This document shows positions 9,697 through 16,758 of a DNA stretch of 32,000 nt, piece by piece. The DNA comes from Archaeoglobus fulgidus DSM 4304 (GTDB lineage Archaea > Halobacteriota > Archaeoglobi > Archaeoglobales > Archaeoglobaceae). The translations under genes and the position numbers were made by a program. How positions within the stretch are numbered: position 1 is the first letter of the stretch; each line of letters starts with the position of its first letter. Below the pieces are notes generated by a model, which had not been told where the DNA came from, ran no database searches, and saw nothing but the letters and a program-made list of their open reading frames with translations. Where the stretch lies: NCBI RefSeq assembly GCF_000008665.1, contig NC_000917.1:2146401-2178400 (forward strand), read 5' to 3'.

Positions 9697-9697
9697 T

Positions 9698-10825
9698 ATG
9701 GACACACCTTTTATCGTTTTCTGGGAGCTCACAAGGGCCTGCATGCTCGCATGCAAGCACTGCAGGGCCAAGGCCATTCGCAAAAGGCATCCTGATGAGC
9801 TTACAACCGAAGAATGCTTTAATGTCATCGACCAGCTATCAGAGTTCAATCCAAAGCCCCTTCTCATCATCACTGGTGGAGACCCGCTGATGAGGGATGA
9901 TGTTACCGAGATTATCTCCCACGCTGCTGAAAAGGGATTCAGGGTTGCCATAGCCTTCAGTGGCACGGAAAAGGCAACGGAGGAAAAGCTGAGGGAGCTT
10001 AAAGAGGCTGGTGTGGCAAGAGTGGCAGTGAGCATTGACGGCAGTGATGAGGAAAAGCACGACTCCTTCAGAGGTGTGAGGGGGACGTTCAGGATGAGCA
10101 TGATGGCTATAGAGAACGCAAAGAAAGCTGGACTTCCATTCCAGATTAACACGACAGTGACAAGGGAAAACATCGAGGATTTGCCGAACATCGCAAGGCT
10201 CTGCCTTGAGCTTGGAGCGGTGATGTGGGACGTCTTCTTTGTCGTGCCAACAGGAAGGGCTAAGGCCGAGATGATGCCAACTCCGCAGCAGTTCGAGGAC
10301 GTGCTCTGCTGGCTATACGATTTGAGCAAAAAAACAGGCCTGAACGTTAAGAGCTCTGCCGCAACGCATCTCAGAAGAATCGAGCTCATGAGAGACAGGG
10401 GAGAGATGCCTGCTGTGGGTGAGCTTTACTACAGGCTGCTTGAGCGAATTGAGGATTTTCCTGAAGGGGAGGGCATCGTTGTTGCAGGAGGGCATGGAAA
10501 AAGCCTCAGCACCGACGGAATAAGGAGGGCGATAGGCATAACCGACGGCAGGGGGATGTTCTTCATAAGCCACATCGGCGAGGTTTATCCCAGCGGCTTT
10601 CTGCCAATCGTTGCTGGAAATGTAAGAAACACGTCGCTTAAAGAAATCTACTACAGCTCGGAGATATTTGTGAACCTCAGAGACCCCGACAGGCTCAAGG
10701 GGAAGTGTGGCAGATGCGAGTACCGAAAAATCTGCGGGGGGAGCAGAGCGAGAGCCTATGCGGTGCATGGAGACTACCTCGCCGAGGAGCCGTGCTGCAT
10801 CTACATCCCGCAATCCTCAAGATAA
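9698..10825 (+). CDS. Radical SAM/SPASM domain protein
   Basis: WELTRACMLACKHCRAKA (CxxxCxxC), ITGGDPLMR, VSIDGSDEEKHDSFRGVRGTF; C-terminal CGRCEYRKICGGSRARAYAVHGDYLAEEPCC. Confidence 0.92.
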   Translation: MDTPFIVFWELTRACMLACKHCRAKAIRKRHPDELTTEECFNVIDQLSEFNPKPLLIITGGDPLMRDDVTEIISHAAEKGFRVAIAFSGTEKATEEKLRELKEAGVARVAVSIDGSDEEKHDSFRGVRGTFRMSMMAIENAKKAGLPFQINTTVTRENIEDLPNIARLCLELGAVMWDVFFVVPTGRAKAEMMPTPQQFEDVLCWLYDLSKKTGLNVKSSAATHLRRIELMRDRGEMPAVGELYYRLLERIEDFPEGEGIVVAGGHGKSLSTDGIRRAIGITDGRGMFFISHIGEVYPSGFLPIVAGNVRNTSLKEIYYSSEIFVNLRDPDRLKGKCGRCEYRKICGGSRARAYAVHGDYLAEEPCCIYIPQSSR

Positions 10826-10858
10826 TTCAACAATTGCCGAATTTGTATTCGACTATCC

Positions 10859-10886
10859 GTTAACTTTATAAATGGTTGGTTAACTT
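10859..10886 (+). promoter_or_regulatory. Putative promoter/operator of the XRE-family regulator: TATA-like box flanked by GTTAACTT direct repeats
   Basis: GTTAACTT at 10859-10866 and 10879-10886 (20-bp periodicity) with CTTTATAAAT at 10864-10873, about 25 bp before the GTG at 10893. Confidence 0.6.
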
Positions 10887-10892
10887 ATTATT

Positions 10893-11582
10893 GTGGAGTT
10901 CAGGAGTGTGGCAGAGAGAATATGCGGAGACATTGTCCTTTCCGAGAACTCAGGGGAGGCTTTGAGAAAGTGGAGGAGCATATTCAACGCTTCGCAGAGC
11001 GACCTAGCGAGAAAGCTTGGAATCTCTCCTTCGGTGATTAGCGACTACGAGTCGGGCAGAAGGAAACCTGGCACGGCGTTTCTCAAAAAGTTCGTGTGCG
11101 CGCTTATTGAGCTTGACGGCGAGAGGGGGTATCAGGTTCTTTCCAAGTACCGTTACTTCCTTGAGAGCGACCACAAGGCCGTTCTAGACATTGCGGAGTA
11201 TCAGAAAACAGCCGAACCGTCGGAATTCTGCGAGGTTATCGAGGGAAAAATGCTCACACACTTCGATAAAGCCATACACGGTCATACAGTAATAGACAGC
11301 ATAAACGCCATACTGTCTCTGAACGCTTTCGACTTCTACCGCCTCTACGGGCTTACGAGCGAGAGGGCTCTGATATTCACTAGGGTCTCTACAGGCAGGT
11401 CGCCCATGGTGGCTGTTAGGGTGTCCAATCTCAAGCCATCTGCGGTTGTGCTTCACGGGTTAGAGGCTGAGAGGGTTGATGAGATGGCGAAGAAGATAGC
11501 CGAGATTGAGAGAATCCCTCTCGTCGTTACCGAGATTGCGATAGGAGAGATCGTTAAAAGGTTGAGGAGGAAGTTTGCATGA
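10893..11582 (+). CDS. XRE/Cro-type HTH transcriptional regulator with archaeal C-terminal domain (COG1709-like)
   Basis: GTG start. [40 protein letters not shown]. Stop overlaps the HMG-CoA synthase start by 4 nt. Confidence 0.88.
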   Translation: MEFRSVAERICGDIVLSENSGEALRKWRSIFNASQSDLARKLGISPSVISDYESGRRKPGTAFLKKFVCALIELDGERGYQVLSKYRYFLESDHKAVLDIAEYQKTAEPSEFCEVIEGKMLTHFDKAIHGHTVIDSINAILSLNAFDFYRLYGLTSERALIFTRVSTGRSPMVAVRVSNLKPSAVVLHGLEAERVDEMAKKIAEIERIPLVVTEIAIGEIVKRLRRKFA

Positions 11583-12609
11583 TAGGTATCGTTTCGTACG
11601 GCAGCTACGTTCCGAAGTTCAGGATAAGGGTTGAGGAGATTGCGAGAGTTTGGGGAGAGGATGCCAAAAAGATAAAGGACGGATTGGGTGTTCACGAGAA
11701 ATCGGTTCCGGGAATGGATGAAGATGCTGCCACAATTGCTGTGGAGGCGGCGAGAGAAGCCATCAGAAGGGCAGGGATCAACCCCGAGGAAATTGGTGCG
11801 GTCTTCGTCGGTTCCGAGAGTCACCCCTATGCAGTCAAGCCAACGGCAACGATTGTGGGAGAGGCGCTTGGTGTAGGGAATGATTACTTTGCTGCGGATT
11901 TGGAGTTTGCATGCAAGGCTGGTACAGCAGGAATGCAAATCTGCTACTCGATGGTTAAGGCGGGGATGATTAAGTATGGCCTTGCCATTGGTGCTGACAC
12001 CAGCCAGGCAAGGCCGGGAGACGCTCTTGAGTACGCAGCCGCTGCAGGTGGTGCAGCCTTCATCATCGGAGAAAATCCAATTGCAGAGGTTGAGGCCACT
12101 TACTCCTTCACCTCCGATACTCCCGACTTCTGGAGGAGAGACCTGCAGCCCTATCCGAGTCATGGAGGGAGGTTCACAGGCCTGCCTGCCTATTTCAGGC
12201 ACGTCATCTCGGCGGCGAAGGGATTGATGGAGAAGTATGGTTACAAAGTGGAGGACTTCGACTACGCAGTTTTCCACATGCCCAACGCAAAGTTTCCCGT
12301 GAGGGCTGCCAAAATGCTCGGCTTCAGCATGGAGCACATCAGCCAGGGTTTGGTGGTGAAGGCCATTGGAAACACCTACTCCGGCTCCTCTCTGCTCGGC
12401 CTCGCGGCAACGCTTGACGTTGCAGAGCCTGATGAGAGGATACTGCTGGTTTCTTCGGCTCAGGAGCTGGAAGTGATGCCTTTGCCATAAGGGTCACCGA
12501 TGCGATTGAAAATTATCCGAGGGAGCCGAAGGTTTGGGAGAAGATTGAGAGGAAGGCGTATGTGGATTATGCAATATATCTGAAGCACAGGAGGAAGATA
12601 AAGGCATGA
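11579..12609 (+). CDS. Hydroxymethylglutaryl-CoA synthase, archaeal type, with a single-base frameshift near 12452-12454
   Basis: [16 protein letters not shown]...[19 protein letters not shown] (catalytic Cys), [33 protein letters not shown]. The reading frame ends in non-homologous [10 protein letters not shown] at 12490, while the -1 frame continues as [51 protein letters not shown] to 12609. Confidence 0.93.
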
Positions 12610-13760
12610 GGCGAGTTGCAGTTGTTGGTGTCGGCCAGAGCAAGTTCGGAGAGCTCTGGGAGAAGGGATTCAGGGATATAGTCCTTGAGGCCGGAAGAGA
12701 GGCTCTGGAGGATGCCGACCTTGAGGGAAGAGAGATAGAGGCAATGTTCGTGGGCAACATGAGCGGCGGGAGGTACCTCGGCCAGGAGCACGTTGCAGCA
12801 CTCATCGCAGACTATGCTGGCTTGGCCGAGTTCGGCATTCCCGCAACGAGAGTTGAGGCCGCAGATGCGAGCGGTGGCTTGGCGGTGAGGCAGGCTTACA
12901 TGGCCGTTGCCTCGGGCTTGCACGATATTGTGATTGCCGCCGGGGCGGAGAAGGTCACCGATGTTGACGACCCCATGCAGATTCTGTCATCCTCTGTGGA
13001 TGTTGAGTGGGAGAACTTCGTTGGTGGGAGCCTTCCGGCTCTCTACGCTATAATTGCGAGGCTGCACATGGATAGCTTCGGCACGACAGAGGAGGACCTT
13101 GCACTGGTCAGCGTCAAAAACCACAGGAACGGTGCTAAGAACCCGAAGGCGCAGTTCAGGAAGGAGATAAGAGTTGAGGACGTCCTCAACTCCCCCTACG
13201 TTGCCGAGCCCCTCAAGCTTCTTGACTGCGCATCGGTGAGTGATGGTGCTGCTGCTGTAATTCTCGCCAGCGAGGACGTTGCGAGAGAAATCACCGACAC
13301 TCCGGTTTTCATCGAGGCATGCACGCAGGCGAGCGATTATCTCGCTCTGCAGAGCAGAAAGGACATTCTGTCAATGAGAGCTGTGGTTAAAGCTTCGAGA
13401 GATGCTTACGAGCTTGCGGGTGTTGGACCAAAGGACATTCAGGTTGCGGAGGTGCATGATTCCTTCACAATTGCGGAAATCCTTGCTTACGAGGACTTGG
13501 GGTTTGCGGAAAAGGGGAAGGGAGCGGAGCTCGTGAGGGAGGGCGTGACGGAGATTGGGGGAAAGATACCTGTAAACCCGTCCGGAGGGCTCAAGGCTTG
13601 CGGTCATGCAGTAGGGGCGACGGGAGTGAGGCAGATTGTTGAACTGACTCTGCAGCTTCGCGGCGAGGCGGGAGAGAGGCAAGTTGATGCCGAAACTGGA
13701 TTAGCGTTGAATATTGGAGGCACTGGAGCCACAGCAGTTGTGTCAATTCTCAGGAGGTGA
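12606..13760 (+). CDS. Thiolase / acetyl-CoA C-acetyltransferase, archaeal type
   Basis: [73 protein letters not shown]. Confidence 0.94.
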   Translation: MRRVAVVGVGQSKFGELWEKGFRDIVLEAGREALEDADLEGREIEAMFVGNMSGGRYLGQEHVAALIADYAGLAEFGIPATRVEAADASGGLAVRQAYMAVASGLHDIVIAAGAEKVTDVDDPMQILSSSVDVEWENFVGGSLPALYAIIARLHMDSFGTTEEDLALVSVKNHRNGAKNPKAQFRKEIRVEDVLNSPYVAEPLKLLDCASVSDGAAAVILASEDVAREITDTPVFIEACTQASDYLALQSRKDILSMRAVVKASRDAYELAGVGPKDIQVAEVHDSFTIAEILAYEDLGFAEKGKGAELVREGVTEIGGKIPVNPSGGLKACGHAVGATGVRQIVELTLQLRGEAGERQVDAETGLALNIGGTGATAVVSILRR

Positions 13761-13764
13761 GAGA

Positions 13765-14133
13765 ATGGTTCCGAGGTCGTGGAGGAAGATACGCTATCGC
13801 TACGATGTTAGGGGGAGCTACTGCGAGAACTGTGGAAGCTACCACTACCCGCCGAGAAACTTCTGTCCGACGTGCAGGAGGAGGGGAAAGCTCGTTGAAG
13901 TGCTTTTCCCCGATGAAGGGAAAGTTGTCAGCTACACCGTTGTGAGGGAGAAAGAGCCCTACGTGGTGGCGCTCATTGAGCTGGAAAACGGTGCGAGGAT
14001 ACTTTCGCAGCTTTCCTGCGAGCCGGATGAAGTTGAAATTGGCATGAGGGTTAGAAGGGCTTTCAGGAGATATGGCGAGGACGGCGAGGAGGGGATAATC
14101 CACTACGGAACCAAGTTCGTTCCGGCAGACTAG
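13765..14133 (+). CDS. DUF35 Zn-ribbon/OB-fold acyl-CoA-binding protein (thiolase partner)
   Basis: ATG at 13765 after AGGAGG. YCENCGSYHYPPRNFCPTCRRRGKLVE, then an OB-like VVSYTVVREKEPYVVALIELENGARILSQL. The track start at 13714 overlaps the thiolase gene. Confidence 0.88.
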   Translation: MVPRSWRKIRYRYDVRGSYCENCGSYHYPPRNFCPTCRRRGKLVEVLFPDEGKVVSYTVVREKEPYVVALIELENGARILSQLSCEPDEVEIGMRVRRAFRRYGEDGEEGIIHYGTKFVPAD

Positions 14134-14756
14134 CGGAAGAACCTGTAGATTTCCCTCGCTTTTTTCTCCCCAATTCCATCAACTCTTTTAAGCTCCGCTA
14201 TGCTGGCGTTTGCTATTCTCTGGATGCTTCCGAAGTAGTCGAGAAGCTTTTCCGCCTTCTTCTCTCCAATTCCGGGAATGGCTGTGAGCATCGCTATCTT
14301 TGGATTTTCATGGCTCTTCAGCCTCGGCAGTATTTTCAGGTCGCCTTGGGAGACTCTGGAGTCAATAGACTTCAAAGCCAGGCAGAAGTCGTCCTCGTTT
14401 TTGAATACCAGCGGCACAACCTGTCCCTGAGCGTTTTTGATTGCCATGCTCACCATCGCACCTATTACTGCACTCCTGCTGATTCCCCTCTCCTCAACTG
14501 CCTCGTCGATGTCTCCTATAACCGCCAAAATCGAAAGGGGATACCTTGAAGAAAGGAGGTGGCACTGACGAAAAAGCCTGCCGTCGATTATTGAGCTGAT
14601 GAAGTCGTTAACGTCCTTTCTTTCAACGGGAACCTCATATATCGAGTGCTTTATTAGGTAATCTCCAACCTCCAAACGTTTAACATAAACATCAAGCCCA
14701 AGAGATTTCAGCTTCTCAACAATTCTTTCCGGCTCTCTGGAGTCAACAAAAATCAT
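14130..14756 (-). CDS. ERCC4/XPF-type nuclease with C-terminal helix-hairpin-helix
   Basis: VDSREPERIVEKLKSLGLDV..LEVGDYLI..PVERKDVNDFISSIIDGRLFRQ (VERK...DF); tandem HhH IPGIGEKKAEKLLDYFG...VDGIGEKKAREIYRF. Confidence 0.9.
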   Translation of the reverse strand: MIFVDSREPERIVEKLKSLGLDVYVKRLEVGDYLIKHSIYEVPVERKDVNDFISSIIDGRLFRQCHLLSSRYPLSILAVIGDIDEAVEERGISRSAVIGAMVSMAIKNAQGQVVPLVFKNEDDFCLALKSIDSRVSQGDLKILPRLKSHENPKIAMLTAIPGIGEKKAEKLLDYFGSIQRIANASIAELKRVDGIGEKKAREIYRFFR

Positions 14757-15097
14757 AGGTACTTCTTGATAGTTTCGAGTAGCTCATGCATTCTGAAGGG
14801 CTTTTTAAGCACCTCCACAGCTCCTGCCTCGAGCATCTCTTTCCCTCTCCTGCTTGCAAAGGCCGTGATGGCAATGACCTTTGCAGCGGGATTGTACTCA
14901 AGAATTCTTCTCGTAGCCTCCACACCGTCTATACCGGGCAGCTCAACGTCCATGAGCACGATATCCGGTTTGTGCTCTTTGAAAAGCTCAATAGCCTCAT
15001 TCCCGTCGCTCGCCTTGATCACCTCGTAATCTGAGAGCATATGTCCAAAAATCTCCAGCAAGTCCGGCTCATCTTCAACCAGCAGTATCTTCTTCAT
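14753..15097 (-). CDS. Stand-alone CheY-like response regulator receiver domain
   Basis: KKILLVEDEPDLLEIF, DIVLMDVELPGIDG, VIAITAFA, VLKKPF: all canonical receiver residues present, no output domain. Confidence 0.93.
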   Translation of the reverse strand: MKKILLVEDEPDLLEIFGHMLSDYEVIKASDGNEAIELFKEHKPDIVLMDVELPGIDGVEATRRILEYNPAAKVIAITAFASRRGKEMLEAGAVEVLKKPFRMHELLETIKKYL

Positions 15098-16724
15098 CTC
15101 TAAACCCCCTTAAAAGCCTTCTAACATCCTCTGATTCCAACCATCCAGCTTCAAGCTGCTCAATTATCTCTTCAATTTTCCTGACCTGTTCAAGGATTTT
15201 ATCCTTTTCCATGTTGCCGAAAAGGTCGGCAAATCCTGTTATAACGGCCAGTGGATTCCTTATTTTATCGACAAGTATGGCAAATTGCTCGATGTTCTTT
15301 TCTATCTGCCTTAGAGACTCCTGCCTCGCCCTTTCGAGCCTTATCGCGTCGATGGCAAAGGCCACATCATCTGCCAGTGTCTGCAGGAGTCTTATCTCCT
15401 CCTCTGAAATCCTGAAATCCGAGTATATAGCCAGAATCCCAAGAACTCTGTTGCGGTGCGTCAGGGGAAAGATGTAGGCGTTTAGCTTTTCGTGTTCAGC
15501 CCAGTTAACGCAGTTTTTGGGGTGCTCTCCTGCCAGCTTTATGACCGTCCTCTGGTTCTTCAGCGCTTCGGCAACACACACTCCATTCAAAAGCTTCTCA
15601 TCAAAGCTCTCCATTCCGAAGCTCTTCACGATTCTTTCCTCTTCTTTGTCGATGAGGGCAATCCACGCAAAGGTGCAGTACGATGACACTTCCCTGATTA
15701 CGGTTGTCAAAAGCTCGTCCAGGCTTTTTACCCTCACAATAACTTCGTTTATAGCGTTGATAGTTCTCAGCAGCTTGTTTGTTCTTAACAGTTCTTCCTC
15801 AAGTCTCTTCCTCTCGGTGACGTCCTTAAAGTTGGCAAGAAAGCCCGTAACCTTCCCGTTCTTGACAAGTGGCCGAACGTTTCCCTCAACAACCTTTTCA
15901 ACACCGTATTTAGTTTTGAATCTGAATTCAAGCCCGTACAGAGGCCTTTTTTCCTTAAAAGCCTTGTTGTACATCCTGAAAACATTTTCGGCCTCGTCTT
16001 CAGAAAAGAACTCCCTGAAATTTTTTCCGATTACCTCCTCCTTCCTGTAACCGCTAATCCTCTCGAACTCCCTGTTCACCTCTACAAAGTTTCCTTTGAG
16101 GTCGGTTACAATTATCATGTCAAGAGTATTCTCGAAAAACTCCCTGTACCTTTTCTCCATCTCCAGCTTTTCCGTTACGTTTCTTATTACAAGAAGTATG
16201 GCCGGTCTGCCTTTGTATGTGATGTAGCTTGCACTGACCTCGACGAAGACCTCTCTCCCATCCGGCAAAATGAACTTTTCAATTGCCGGAGGAACTGGCT
16301 TTTTTTCCTGAAACATTTTCTTCATTCTCTCAGCAACGAAGTTAACATATTCGGGGTGTATAAAATTGAAAACCGGCATCCCTATCAGCCTTTCAAGCGG
16401 AATTCCAGCGACCTCAGCTGCTCGCTTGTTGGCGAAGAGGATTTTTTGCCCGTCGTGGATGATGATTGCATCAGGGCTAAGCTCAAAAAGCGTTCTGTAA
16501 AAGTCGCTCTCTGCGACCTTCCTCAAAACGATGACCTTTTCTTCACCCAAATCGGTAAAACTAACGCTGTAAATCTCCCCGCCAACTTCAACTTCATAGG
16601 AAATCTCAAACAGCATTCCAACATCAAGTCCAAGCTCTTTTGCTCTATCATTAAGCTTAATTATCCTATTATCTTGATTAACAATGATTGTAGGATCGGG
16701 GAGTTTGTTAATATCCATTATCAC
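15075..16724 (-). CDS. PAS/GAF sensor protein, degenerate histidine-kinase-like (no H-box His, no HATPase domain)
   Basis: Multiple PAS signatures (LSPDAIIIHDGQKILFANKRAAEVAGIPLERLIG; FFENTLDMIIVTDLKGNFVEVNREFERISGY), GAF-like region, terminal FAILVDKIRNPLAVITGFADLFG...EDTAG*. Confidence 0.87.
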   Translation of the reverse strand: MIMDINKLPDPTIIVNQDNRIIKLNDRAKELGLDVGMLFEISYEVEVGGEIYSVSFTDLGEEKVIVLRKVAESDFYRTLFELSPDAIIIHDGQKILFANKRAAEVAGIPLERLIGMPVFNFIHPEYVNFVAERMKKMFQEKKPVPPAIEKFILPDGREVFVEVSASYITYKGRPAILLVIRNVTEKLEMEKRYREFFENTLDMIIVTDLKGNFVEVNREFERISGYRKEEVIGKNFREFFSEDEAENVFRMYNKAFKEKRPLYGLEFRFKTKYGVEKVVEGNVRPLVKNGKVTGFLANFKDVTERKRLEEELLRTNKLLRTINAINEVIVRVKSLDELLTTVIREVSSYCTFAWIALIDKEEERIVKSFGMESFDEKLLNGVCVAEALKNQRTVIKLAGEHPKNCVNWAEHEKLNAYIFPLTHRNRVLGILAIYSDFRISEEEIRLLQTLADDVAFAIDAIRLERARQESLRQIEKNIEQFAILVDKIRNPLAVITGFADLFGNMEKDKILEQVRKIEEIIEQLEAGWLESEDVRRLLRGFRDEEDTAG

Positions 16725-16758
16725 AATTAGGGAAATTCAAAAATAAAAAACTTTTTGA

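Noticed and set aside
9478-10389. 303-aa minus-strand ORF
   Set aside because: Antisense to ThiC and radical SAM genes; Ser/Leu-rich shadow translation.
11453-12337. 294-aa minus-strand ORF
   Set aside because: Antisense to the regulator and HMG-CoA synthase; no recognisable family.
12446-12462. Programmed -1 ribosomal frameshift at the HMG-CoA synthase junction
   Set aside because: The local sequence CTG GTT TCT TCG lacks an X_XXY_YYZ slippery heptamer and no obvious downstream pseudoknot was seen. A missing base is the simpler explanation, although this cannot be proven here.
15517-16050. 177-aa Ser/Phe-rich plus-strand ORF
   Set aside because: Shadow of the PAS sensor gene; composition typical of an antisense frame of a Lys/Glu-rich protein.
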